A stretch of 64,000 bases of DNA, taken from positions 434,001 through 498,000 of the forward strand of contig CP145418.1 of NCBI GenBank assembly GCA_036867785.1. Direction: 5' to 3'. The DNA is from Plasmodiophora brassicae (taxonomy: Eukaryota). The position numbers and the translations under genes were made by a program. Below, piece after piece: positions 1 through 11,816 of the stretch. Positions within the stretch are counted from its first letter, which is position 1, and the number at the start of each line of letters is the position of its first letter. Below the pieces are notes generated by a model, which was not told where the DNA came from, searched no databases, and was given only the letters and a program-made list of their open reading frames with translations.

Positions 1-860
1 TCCTGAAGCTGCGCGGAGCGTACAACCGCTACGTGGCGATCTTCGAGGACAGTGAAGCTCAGCAGCCGCGAGGACGCCGACTTCCCCCTCAAGGCATACG
101 GCTGTGCTCATGTGTACGATGCGGCGGAACCCACTTCAAGTGATGCCGACTTAAAACCGACCACCGTCCAGGAGATCGAGACGCCTCTCAACAGCCTGAT
201 ACACCAAGCACGCCTCAATGGCATGTCGCGCCAAGGGGGGTTGCACGCCTTCGACTCATCCTGCGACGACACGTCAACGAGTTCCGCACACAGCTTATTC
301 AAACGGTCCCGTCAAGATCGAACCCGTGCACGGGTACCCAGCTCGAACCAGATGCTACACAGTACCGATGCAGCCCACGTTCGTATAACCCAAAGCAGAA
401 GGAGATCCTCGACGAGCTGATCAAGATGCTATTGCGAAACAATCTGACCTACCTCATCACGATCTACATCTTCAGATGGGCAAGTCCCGTTCTCCTCGTC
501 AAGAAACCGGACGGCAAGGGGAATCGCCTATGCGTCGATCTACGATGCCAGGTGAACGCGCGTACAGCCCCAACCGCATGGCCTATGCCAAACATAGAAG
601 CGGCAAGTCGGAAGCTCGCTGGTATGACCTGGCTCCTCACTATCGACACGCACAAGGGGTTCCGGCTTATGCCCATCGCGAAAGAATGCCAGGAGATCTT
701 TCGTTTATGACCGACGACGGCGTGTTCACACCTACCAAGAGCATCCAGGGCGCAACCTACTTGGCCATCCCGGTACACCGGGGCACCATTCGATAAGGTT
801 CTGCCGCAAATGCTGTGTGCGTATCGCCAAACTACTGTAGATATGTACGTCCGGTACCCT
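1..860 (+). mobile_element. Degenerate Ty3/gypsy-type LTR retrotransposon pol (reverse transcriptase) remnant
   Basis: 476-710 reads WASPVLLVKKPDG..RLCVDLR..N..T....PMPNIE..L..IDTHKGF..MPI, the gypsy RT N-terminal motifs. A frameshift continues as SFMTDDGVFTPT..IQG, with a stop at 796 before any YxDD. The left boundary is uncertain. Confidence 0.75.
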
Positions 861-1208
861 GGTTGCCGACCATCAACGCGGGTTCTTGACGATAGGTCTC
901 GCGAGCATTTCTATCGTATTGCCGTCGACGGCTACCGGTAGGGGGAGTTCGCCAACTTGCGACCCGTTGATGCAAGCGACCAGCGGCGCTTGGCAGAATC
1001 CGATCGCGATTGTCGGTGGCGGGAAAATTGGGTTACCCGCGAGTGCCCGGGGGGTGGTGGCGCGCCGACGGCCAGGCCTGCGCATAAATGTTGGATGCGC
1101 CACTGTGGGGTGAGGTGAGGCGGACGGGATTGCAGTCCGCCGCCTCGGGCGCAGCGCGCGCATTTCATCGCGCGCCCGCCCGTCTCGGCTACGGCTGCAC
1201 ATGCACAA

Positions 1209-2380
1209 ATGGAGAGCCAGGCCGACAACTGCCTGAAATCGACGTCCATACTTGATTCGATGTCGGAAGTCAACCTGACCGCCTACAAGCGCAAGGAGAA
1301 ATCGCTGGCGCTGTTGGCGGCCCGGTTCCTTCGATGCTGTCCATCGCCGTCCGGAGACAGCGTCATCGACCTGAACGCGATGGCAAGCGAACTCGGTGTC
1401 GGAAGACGTCGTTTATACGACATTATCAATATTCGTCAGAAGCGACGTATCGTTGTCTGTTACTGCTCTGACCATCCCCTTCTTCTAGTTGAGACAATCG
1501 GGTGTGCGACTCGCGCCGGGAAGAACAAATACACCTGGAAACCTGATAAGGTCTGTCGCCCAAATTCGTGTTGATCTTCCCGGCGGCTGATGAGCTGAAC
1601 ATCGTCCAGATCAAACAAAAGCTGTCCAGGCTGCGTCATGTGGCGTATCAGCAATCCCGTACCGAAGCCGGAGAGATGCTTGTGAGTGATTTCGTGGCAC
1701 CGGCCCGCTATTGCAAACAATCTCAAGACGTTTTTCAGGCAGGATACCTTCGTGATGGAACGAGGCGATCGTTTTCCTTGGGGCAGCTCTGTGAACGATT
1801 CATTATGTTCCTGCACACCGAACCCGAAGGGATGGCCTCGCTCGAGGCGGTCGCTGACACGCTGTTCCCTGTTCAGGAAGGCAGTGACCCGTCGACATGG
1901 CAGGCCCGGAAGAGCTGCATTCGCCGTCTGTACGACGTTGCTAACGTACTGACTGCTGTCGGCGTCGTGCAGAAGGTGCACTCCTTACAAACACGACGTC
2001 CTGCATTCCAATGGGTTCCCGCTCTCCAAGACCGCCCCCGGACCGCATCCGACTGCATCGATTCTGCTCCGCTGGATCGCTCCGAAGCGCCAGGTCCAGC
2101 TGCGTTAGCGGCACCGAATCGGACCGCGAAGCCGTCGATTGGAAGCGGCTCCGCTTTCCAAATCCTGAACCGGGGTGGCCGACCAGCTGTCCTACCTACG
2201 ATGATTGTGAAGCCGACGGTACACGACAATAGCCATTCGCAGCGAATAATGGCTGCCGTCGACGACAATGAGCAGCGCGGCACTCTGCTGAACGACTCCC
2301 AGCTTGTCGTCGAATACCGGTCGGCCCTGAGCGCCTGGATGGACGGTACTGCAACGCACGTCCTTCGTGTCGAGGACTAG
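1209..2380 (+). CDS. Atypical E2F (DEL/E2F7-8-like) with two E2F DNA-binding domains; 3 exons
   Basis: Domain 1: RKEKSLALLAARFL...RRRLYDIINILETIG..KNKYTW. Domain 2: SLGQLCERFI...RRLYDVANVLTAVG..PAFQW. GT-AG introns at 1435-1488 and 1551-1609 restore the protein. Confidence 0.85.
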
Positions 2381-2506
2381 CTCACTAGCAAAGCGGACGC
2401 TCGCCTCTGTGTATTGTCGATAACTAATGTAATACTGTAAAATGCATTTGGAATCATTTACAGGCAGACAGTTCGACACCGGGCCGACACCTGGAATGGC
2501 TGTATT

Positions 2507-4069
2507 CTAAATGTCCATCAGCGCACGCGACAGTTCGCGAGGGCTCCTACCGCTCATAGCGCCCAGGAAATTCTTGAACTCGGTCAGGTTCTTCGGTGTC
2601 TGGAAGACCAACCCGCTCTTGATCCAGTGCTCGATAACGGTAGTGAACTCGTCTGCAGTGTAGTCGCCGCAGGTGATCACTTGACGAACAACCTTCCGTA
2701 AATCAGTCGTCGAGTCCCGGTGGTACTTGGACGACATCGCGACAACGGTGACGCCATTTGTCGGCCCCTTGTCGAAGAAGTCAATGAGCAACTTCGCAAT
2801 GGCGAGTTGACGAGCGGGAAGCGGTTTGCCGGTATCAGGGTGCCAGTACGCGCTGTTCATGTGAGTTAACTCGTTGAACCCGTCGACGGCAATGAGAACC
2901 TTCACTTCCGAAACAAGTCGCAACTCCTCGAACACGTCAAACAGGCTGTCACCTTCTTCGTTTTTCAACGGGTCGCACGCGTATTCCAACAGTTCGTACA
3001 GCGATGTCATCTGAGAGACTGGGGAGTCCGACGGGTATTCACGTTTCAGAGCGATGGACTTCAACAGCGCCTCTTGTTCGGTCATCAGTTCGCTGAAGAG
3101 GTCCCGCTGCAGATCAGGCTGGGTGTACACCCCTGGATGTCGTCGCGATTCAACCATTCGCACCCCACTCTGGGAAATCCGTTCGGAATCCGGGACGAAC
3201 AGCGTCAGCCATTCCTCGGGATGTTGTCGCGCCCAGGCAACCAGGTACGATATGTTCGTACTGCGCCCCGCTCCAGCACTGTTGCCGCCGACGACGACTG
3301 TATCGCCCAGGGAATACGCATCCGCCTCGCCAATGCGTCGAACTTTGTCCAGCAGCGTGTACGACGTCGGCCGTATCAGCATCGGCGCCCGTTGCTTGGT
3401 CAGCTTCACTTCTGCAGGGAGGCCTCCACTGAATTTCGTCGTGTCAACCTGGAAGAAACGGCCGATGTCGCTCTGCTTGTGATCGTTGATCGTCGGTGAC
3501 GCCAGGACGATCGCAGGGTTGATGTACTCAGCGCGTTCGGTTTCCGTTCGGGCAACGGGCCGCAGGGACTCGGTGTGCTGTTCCTCTTGGTCGATCGCGT
3601 ATTCGACGTCCTGCATTGCCAGCCCGATCTGCTTGAACTCCTCGATCGATTGCTTCATGACGTCAGGCCAGTTGATGTTCTCCGGGATCAAATTGCGATC
3701 AATGTTTTCCAGTCGGCGAACGTTCAGGACTTGCTGCCGCAGGCTGTAGAACAGGATCTTGTCCTCCGGTTTCAACGACGCCACCAGCTCCTCCAACTTC
3801 GATCCTGGTTGCTTGCCATCTTCGACGTCGTTAATCAAATCGGTCATCTGGCGACCCAACGTGCCCGCCGGGTACGGATCCAGGAAGCGTTCCCGGCCCA
3901 ACATGCGGTCGAGCTCGGCGTCGGCCTCGTGCTCCGCGTCCGTATCAATCGCCCGCAGCGTGAGTTTCGCACGAACCGCGTCGACCATGGGGTCGGGTGG
4001 CACCTCTGGCGGCGCCGACGATAGCCGTCGCAGAGCGATCCGCCGCAACCGCCGCATGGCCGGCTGCAT
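2507..4069 (-). CDS. DAP3: Mitochondrial ribosomal protein mS29 / DAP3-like
   Basis: Arg-rich presequence (MQPAMRRLRRIALRRLSS), P-loop-like GGNSAGAGRST, WLTLFVP, YTQP and VLIAVDGFN; single exon. Confidence 0.8.
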   Translation of the reverse strand: MQPAMRRLRRIALRRLSSAPPEVPPDPMVDAVRAKLTLRAIDTDAEHEADAELDRMLGRERFLDPYPAGTLGRQMTDLINDVEDGKQPGSKLEELVASLKPEDKILFYSLRQQVLNVRRLENIDRNLIPENINWPDVMKQSIEEFKQIGLAMQDVEYAIDQEEQHTESLRPVARTETERAEYINPAIVLASPTINDHKQSDIGRFFQVDTTKFSGGLPAEVKLTKQRAPMLIRPTSYTLLDKVRRIGEADAYSLGDTVVVGGNSAGAGRSTNISYLVAWARQHPEEWLTLFVPDSERISQSGVRMVESRRHPGVYTQPDLQRDLFSELMTEQEALLKSIALKREYPSDSPVSQMTSLYELLEYACDPLKNEEGDSLFDVFEELRLVSEVKVLIAVDGFNELTHMNSAYWHPDTGKPLPARQLAIAKLLIDFFDKGPTNGVTVVAMSSKYHRDSTTDLRKVVRQVITCGDYTADEFTTVIEHWIKSGLVFQTPKNLTEFKNFLGAMSGRSPRELSRALMDI

Positions 4070-4290
4070 GGTTCGGGGCTACACCGTCGGAGTGGCGGCC
4101 GTGGACCGACCCCCCAAAACGACACAATACCGCGGTCCAGGATGATACCTATCGTGATGGCCCTGCCGGCTACACGCATACCCGCTTGTCCAAGCGTGTT
4201 GGGCTGTCGTCGATGCACGGGCCAATCCATCACCCTCGTTGGATATTGTTCATCCGGCGGGTTTCCGCTTGGTGTGTGGTGTATGGGTGT

Positions 4291-5343
4291 ATGAATCTGG
4301 GGAGTGTGCGCCGCGTGGCTGGGCCGGATCAGGGGGCAGCGTTCGCCGTGCAGTGGGAAAAACTCCGACTGGTCACTGGTGGGCAGCCAAGCGTGACGCT
4401 ATTCCTCCAACGGATGGTGTCTGCGCCGTATCTGCTCGGGCCATGTGCCCCCGAGATGATGGCGGACCTGGGCCGCCTGCGACAACTGGCCCGTCAGCGC
4501 CTGCGTGTCGCGAAGGCGAGCGATGTGCAGGTCGGGTTCGTGGATGATGAGAGCGACGTCGTTGCCATAGGCAGCCAGGAGGAGCTGGACAATGCCATTC
4601 TCGAATGCGGCCATGATTTGAAGATATGTGTCCTGGATCCCTTACCAGCGCTGCACGCTCGTACATCATACTCTTTGGCGTTTATTGTACTGCCCGCTGT
4701 TGCCACGGTGGTTGCATTCCTTGTATTCCAATTCAATGGGGTCAGCCAGCCCGACGCAATCAGCGACCCATGCGAGTCTGCCCGTCTCCAACAGATCGTC
4801 GTTTCTGCGCGCGTCATGAACGATACCGACCAAGCACAGAGGGTGCTGGAACGTGCCGTGGAGGAGTTCCCATCATGCACATTGCCCTTGTACTGGGCGG
4901 GTCGCCTCTACCTAGATTGCGGTGAGTTTCAGCTGGCTGCGGGCGTGTTCGATCGGCTTCTCTACAGCGATCCTATGCATTTGGGCGCCCGCCTGTACCG
5001 TGGACACGCCTTACAGCGTCTCAATCGTCCACTCGAAGCGCTCCTTGAATTTGCGATCGCTTCCAAGCTGCATTCATCCAGTGAAGCCTCGCTACGTATC
5101 GCACGCATGCTGTCGGAGCAAGACGCCGACGAACTTGTTTCGGAGGCAGCGACACTAGCCGTAACTCAAGATCCAGAATCAGAAGACGCTGGCCTCTTCA
5201 AAGGAATTCACGCATTCAGCCGTGGCGACTTCGAGTCTGCATACGCTCAGTTCGCCGTTCTCGCGCTGCGCGAACGCGATTCAGTTACGTATCGCATCTG
5301 GAAACGACGCGCTCTTGACGAAATGTTTCGCTCCCGGATTTGA
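4291..5343 (+). CDS. PB1 domain + transmembrane helix + TPR repeat protein (start uncertain)
   Basis: OPCA-like acidic motif FVDDESDVVAIGSQEELDNAI, hydrophobic helix LAFIVLPAVATVVAFLVF, then TPR-like repeats (LYWAGRLYL..G.F..A..VF; ARLYRGHALQRL). Confidence 0.6.
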   Translation: MNLGSVRRVAGPDQGAAFAVQWEKLRLVTGGQPSVTLFLQRMVSAPYLLGPCAPEMMADLGRLRQLARQRLRVAKASDVQVGFVDDESDVVAIGSQEELDNAILECGHDLKICVLDPLPALHARTSYSLAFIVLPAVATVVAFLVFQFNGVSQPDAISDPCESARLQQIVVSARVMNDTDQAQRVLERAVEEFPSCTLPLYWAGRLYLDCGEFQLAAGVFDRLLYSDPMHLGARLYRGHALQRLNRPLEALLEFAIASKLHSSSEASLRIARMLSEQDADELVSEAATLAVTQDPESEDAGLFKGIHAFSRGDFESAYAQFAVLALRERDSVTYRIWKRRALDEMFRSRI

Positions 5344-5619
5344 ATGAAGGGACTGCCTATTCCTATTCTAGCGTCACGCCTATACCGGCCCCTGTGCCAC
5401 TGCTGGTAACAGGGTCTATTTATGGGCGCCGACACGTCGGTGAGGACACTGGCCACAGTGGCCAGTGTGACCAGTGTCCAACCAGGTAGGGCAGCTCGCG
5501 TCCGCGTTACCGTCCCGAGGTGCCAGAAATGGCTCCAGCAAGTGGGGGATGCCCGTGGCGGAGATCCCCGAGCTACCCTGACATTTCATCGGTTGCATTC
5601 TGTGGACGGGTCAAGCGAG

Positions 5620-8600
5620 ATGGCTACATCGGCAGGTCGAGCGACAGCGACGACGCCATTGCTTGGGACGGCGGCGCGCGATGATCGTCGCCGGTACTGC
5701 GGTGGGCGTCTGTCGCGTGGCGCCTGCGTGGGGTTGGCGGCGACCGTGTCGGTTACGCTGGGGTTGATGTTTGGCTCTTTGCTGGGATTGTTCGTTGTAG
5801 CTCCGCATGTTGTAAAGGCGCGTGCGAGCTCGGCGACCATTGATTTCAAGTCCATCGCAATGAGCAATCCGAACAAATCGTCCGTCGACGTTCATGTTGA
5901 CTTTTCGATAGACACGCATTCGGTGTTCTCTGCGTTTGTAGCGGCCACAGATATCGATGTCCTCGTTGGCGGCAAAACGCTTGGAACATTCTCGTTGCCT
6001 GCCAGCAAATTACAATCCAGCTCCCCTACTGTGATGCATTTGGCCTCGACGCTTGTCGTCGATCCTTCAGGTCTGGGGTGTTCGCCTCATATTTATGCAC
6101 TGCGGCGTCTAACACGTGCCTGTCCACAGGGCCGTTCTTCTCTTTCGCCCAGTCGTTGCTTACGGAAGAACATGTTGAATGGACTCTTCGAAGCCATCTT
6201 AAGCTGACTCCATCTGTGCCCATCGTTGGCAATTTATCCGACGTTGAGGTCGACCTGGAGAAAGTCGTCAAGCTTCGTGGGTTCAGTGGACTCCACCCCG
6301 TTGTGTCGTCCTTCACCTTTGCGAACAGCAGCACAGCTACTGATGTCATCGCCGATGTCGTGGTCACTATCGACAACCCTACTGTGTTTACGTTTGATCC
6401 TATCGGCGAACTGAGCTTAGACGTGAAAGCAGGCAAGTCGATGGTAGGAAACGCCTCGACGCCTGTCTGGTCGCTGTTTCCAGGCAAGAACGTTGGCATG
6501 CGCGTCAAGGCGCATGTTTTCGGCACAGGTCTGTGGTTTCGTGGTGCATATGTCAGTGCCACGTTGATGGTTGATTCGCAGATGAGAACCACGAGGTTCT
6601 TCAAGCAATTGTGGGTGAACTTGTTCATGGACGAGACATCGAACTCAGTGCATCATCTGTCACGACATCATTATCGCTATATAACCCCGCACTTGCCAAT
6701 ACGACGATGAACCTTACACTTCCGGGATCCGGCGAACCAATCGGCATCATCCAGAATATTTCGACGAATGAGTTGACGACATGGGCGTAATCTGTGAACC
6801 ATTAGTAATCGCAAAGCGTCGCTGACGTATATATATTGCAGGGTGGACGATGAACATGCAGCCCTCGCAGGACAGCTTGATATGCGCTTGACGGACGCTC
6901 TGCTCGGACCACTGTGTCACGTATCGTTGGTGTCGGTTCTCGATGCTACCCTAGAAGTTTGGTCTGTGACCGCGTCCAGCCCGGAAGATCCCGTTCTTGT
7001 GGGCACTCTGCATGTTCCTTGGGCACCTGCCAGTCCGGGCAGCGATCCTTTCAGTTTTCGGCTTCAGCTGCTCAATGCATCGACGACTCTTCCGGACGGG
7101 GCCGCTCCATTCCGTGACTTCTTTATGCTGGTTGCTTCGGTATCTGGTCCAATTGGCCACGTTAAAGTGGCTGGAAACGCACGGGCGTCGGTTATCACGC
7201 CGATCGGCAAGTTCACTGTGAGGGACATCAACTTCGACGTTCCTGTTGTTATTCGGGGTGCGGATGGGTTCCCAAGCGATACCGATAGCTGGCGTATCTT
7301 TGATGGTGCCGATGGTTCGCTGGGTATTATCGCATCTCTCACGGTGACGAACCCTTCGAATTGCGCTCTGCGCCTGGGCGATTCTGAACTTTCTATTGCT
7401 GATGGCATTGATGACGAGGAACGTTATGGCGTCATGCCTTTATCGGACTTTACAATTTCGACGGGAATCAATACGTACTCGAACGTCTCGGGCACCTTGA
7501 ACGTGTCTAGCGCTGCTCAGAAAGACCAGGTTTCCAGCCTTCTTTCGAGCGTAGTTGCCGGAAGCCAAGATGCATCCGCTACCTTTCAGGTACCCTAGTC
7601 TGATTGTTGGACACTGTGGCAGGTCTCACTGAATGAATGCATTAGGTAGTGAAGTTTGCGACCGGCAGCAAGGCCGCGTGGGCAAACGACATCTTCAAGG
7701 AGCTGGCCTTTATCGTTTCACCTCCGATTGATGGACATGCGTCGCCGATTCGCTCAATGCGTTTCGGGAAGCAGGCTCCCACATTTACCTTTGTCCATGG
7801 GGAATCTACTAACGCGTCGGCTAAGCTATCTGGAGTTCATGTCGTAGTTGAACTGCACGTTCCCAAATGGGTTGAAGCAGATCTTCAGATATCTGGGATC
7901 CAGTCATTGACGTTCACAGTAAATGACAAGAAAGTGGATGTTGTGAAGAAAGACTGTCAGGCCAGCCACGTTGGCTCACGATATGACATCGACGTCAACC
8001 TGTCGGAGGTAAACTTTGACATGAGCCTGTCTCCTTCTGAAGGTTTGTTATCTCTTCCTGCGTAATTGTCGCTGAACCTGTTTTAACTAGTGTGTTTCAG
8101 TGTTCGCTTCCGAACGTGTTACTGTCAAGTCCTCGATTTCATCGCCGTCGTTTACGTCTCGTCGCGGCCTTACCATATCGCTTCCGGACTCATCCACCGC
8201 TTCCTCTCTGGTCGTCGCCGGATTGTCCCATCTTGAGGACAGCCAGTCGACCTGCATCGTTGGTGATTCTGGCCGTATTTCATCTGATGGATCGCTTTTC
8301 TTCAAGAGTGAAGTGCTTCTGCCTACCAGTCGTAGTCGCGATCATCCGGCAATCTACGAATTCGGTGAGATGCAGCTTGCCTTAACGTCGGGCGCGAAGT
8401 TGGTTTTCGACAATTTGCGGTTCGGGCAATCTGAAACTCAGACTGCTTGGATTACTCTGACGCCTAAACAACTCGTCTCTGTAATTGGCCACAAAGGGGT
8501 TATTGATCGGACAGGGCATGACGGTTTCGTGCCATTGACTGTTTCCGTGACCGCTCCTCGGTTCGCATCGTTCTTATCAAGCGTCGAAGGTAAACTGTCT

Positions 8601-8981
8601 GACCTGCAGAACTATCGCAACGCAACGCATGTGCCTATTTCCATTTCGGTCTGCAACCCGCTGAGTAATGTCAATCTTGACCTCCGCATTGTGGGAGACG
8701 GTGGCATCTCGCTGAATGGCATCCATCTCCTGACATGGTCTGGCTCTTTCCTGGCATCCGCATCCGGTACAAATTGCCTCGTCGTTCACATCGACGACAC
8801 CAACGTGGCGAGCCGCGACGAATCGACCTGGACTTCATTGCTGAATTCCCTGAAATCCGGCCCTGCTCGTGTCGCCCTGCGCGGCACGTTCAACACGATA
8901 TTCAAAGACAAACAGGCCGATCGCCATGTCGCCATCCCGATCGTCCTTACCCACACTGCTACGAACCTAGCCGCTCATTGA
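5620..8981 (+). CDS. Multi-exon type II membrane protein with repeated LEA_2/DUF3712-like beta domains
   Basis: N-terminal TPLL and TM (GLAATVSVTLGLMFGSLLGLFVVAP), then recurring V.I.NP(T/S) strands (TIDNPTVF, TVTNPSNC, SVCNPLSN) over in-line ORF pieces separated by short GT-AG introns. Confidence 0.55.
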
Positions 8982-9201
8982 CGCCCTGGAGCGCAGTCAT
9001 TCACATGACGAATCGATCGAATACAACACGGCCCCCCATTGATGTCGCAGACACGCAGTCGCGGAGTTCGTGCGACTGACGCCAGTCGTCCTCGCGTTGT
9101 TCTGTGCGTCCTGACTGCATTGCGGTTCCGTGGCGCAAACGACAGCCAAAGCGCGGTCGCGGGGCGCGTACTATCCCCGGCCCATTGATGCCGGCTAGCG
9201 A

Positions 9202-11674
9202 ATGAAGCGACTGGCACGCGCTGAGGCGCGCTGGGCGGCGACGAGCCGCTGTGCAACGGCTGACGTACAGGCAGAGGATGGTGCTGCGGAGGAGCGGCGG
9301 ACGATCGTACTGTCGAGTCGGGTCGTGGGCCTGCGCCATCGTCGCGCGCTTCTGACATCGATCGTCGATCGCGGTCTGGCATCCTGGTCGGCGTTGAACC
9401 TGTCGGTTGAACGGGATCCGAATCATGAATCGGACGCAAACGCGATCGTCGTGAAGGTGGCGGACGACCAGGGAAGTGTACTTGGATACCTGCCTGCCTC
9501 GCTATGCGTAGCCCTGTCGCCTCTGGTGGATTCCGGGCAAGTTCTACTGGCGTCGCTGTCAGTAGTCGACTCGTCGTCGGTTGTTGATTCCGTTCGCCAT
9601 TTGGACGTTCGCGTTGAAGTGAGCGGCAACGTGGACGCGGGCTTGGAGCTCCGCCTGCAAGAAGTGTCGTCGGGCGATGTGTGCCGCGCGAAATTCGCTG
9701 AATCCATTGAACGAAGTGCCAAACGCTTCGCTTCGTCTGCAGTTCTGGCCGAGTCGGACCTGGATGCGTTAACGGCGTTCAACGCCTTGACATTTGACGC
9801 CCAATCGACCTACGTTCGCCTCATGCAGCGCAGTTCGACGTGGTGCACCCGCGCCGAATTCGATGACCTCGACTGCTCGCTTCTCGTGCAGGCAGCGTCC
9901 GACGTTACCGAGCTAAACGACTTTCAATCGTTATTGTCGAATCTTACTGCCCCTGAACTACGTTCTGTCTATACCGATCTGCTGCACTTGGGACGCTCGT
10001 CTTCGATAACACGACGCGCCCTCCTCGATCGAATTGAAAAGCATTTGATATCGCAACGCGGTTTCAATGGTGAACCGTTGTGGCGGAGCGGCCGAGTACG
10101 AACGGGGTTTCAGAAGTTGATATCACCCCGGTTTCGGTTGGCACCCGACCCGCTCGCATCGCTGCTCCGTCTGTACCGGCTCGATCATCTGGCGACCTTG
10201 ACGTCAGAGACTCCAGCGGATATGCTGGCTCCTGCAAAGCTCGCTCGTCTGGGGCTCCTTCAGTTTATGACGGTCGATCTACACGAACGTATCCCGTTCG
10301 GCTCTCGTGCCGCCCTGCTGGAGCTGGAACGTGCGCTGTCCCTTGCGCATCGCAGCATGAATTGTTTCGGCAAGAAAGCCTACGACGATTGTGTCGCGCT
10401 AATGAACGAAGCTCGATCATACCTGACGCTACTGCCTGAATCTCAGTTGCCCGCCGTGTGGTCATCGTTTGATGCTGCGGCCATCTATGCCGAATGCATT
10501 TACGTGGGCGCTAAAGCTCTGGAGAAGCAGCAGAACTGGCAACTGGCGGTCTCTGAAATGATGTTTCTCCTGAACGACGTCCCTGGCCTTCACTGGAAGC
10601 GACGTCGCGGAAAGATATGGGTCCGTCTCCTCCTTGTCCGTATGTTACTGCCCCTAGCTGCCATCCCGTGTATGCCTTCAACTAAAACAGTCTGTAGTGG
10701 ATGTCCACTTGAAGGAGCGCTCCCTGGCCTTGTCGTTATGCAACGAAGCGCTCGATGACGTTGTCGTCTGTGCTGGCCCACGTTTGGCCCTTCAAGAACG
10801 CGCGCGCAAGCTATGGAGAAGTGTTCACGGCGCCTCCGAACCGTTCCGCCTGGTGCCAAGCGTCATGCATTGTCATCAGGTCGAGGTTATCAGCATCGTT
10901 GGTCGCCCACTCAACAAGAAGACTGCTGAGAAGTCGCGGTTCTTCGGCTATCAGGACGACGTGGTTTCCGTTGAGGAACTAGGTAGGTAGAGAGATGCCC
11001 CTTGGTCGTTGTCAGCGGACGCTGCATCTGACCGATTGGTTGTAGCGCTCGAACATTTCGGACAAGACGGGTGGATTGGCTGGCACGACGAAGGTGGCCT
11101 GATGGCCACGTTGTTCGGGATCCTGCTGTGGGACGTCATATGGGACTGGACCGCCTACCCGGAGGCCTTCCTATGCGCGACGCAAGATGGCCCTCTCGAT
11201 ATGCACCAGTCGACGTTCTACGAGCGCAGGCGAGACGCGATTGAAGCCCGGCTTGATGACATCGTCAACGGCGACGCACCCTTTATCGACATCGTCAGTG
11301 ACGTATGGTCCCGTCACCGAGGGATGTGCTGTCGCGGTGTCCAATGGGACACATGGTCACCGGACGAGCTCGCCCAGGTCTGCGAAGCGATCGGTCGTCG
11401 ACCATTGGCGAACGTCTTGCGTCTCAGAGCCATTGACGGCGGGCATTGGTCCGGCGGGTGGCCCGACCTGGCGCTGCTTCATCGCGAGCGCGCCCAGGTC
11501 CGCATGGTCGAGGTCAAGGGCCCCAACGATCGCCTCTGCGAACAGCAACGCGCGGTCCTGTCGGCCCTATCCCGGCTCGGCATCGATTGCCAGGTCCTGA
11601 AAGTCGACCTGCCCGAGAAGCTCGAGAGGCGCAAGAGGACGAGGACGTCGCTGGGCAGCTCGACGTCCGGCTAG
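9202..11674 (+). CDS. FAN1: Fanconi-associated nuclease 1 (HIRAN + SAP/TPR + VRR-NUC)
   Basis: HIRAN (VVGLRH..LSVERDPNHESDANAIVV..LGYLP). VRR-NUC: EGG..LFGILLWDVI, DGPLD, SGGWPDL, VEVKGPNDRL..QQ. Introns near 10.64-10.70 kb and 10.98-11.05 kb. Confidence 0.9.
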
Positions 11675-11816
11675 GCGAACCTTCGTGCCAATGTACACTT
11701 CATAAGTTATTCGTATTCGCGCGGGCGAGCGGCGGCTGCCTGCTGCTGCTCGATTTGGAATCCCATAAATAGCACGACACGATTCAGGCGCGGTTGTGTA
11801 GGTAGAGGACGCCCCG

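Noticed and set aside
9202-9660. HIRAN domain on FAN1 as a novel fusion
   Set aside because: HIRAN-containing FAN1 is known, for example in plants.
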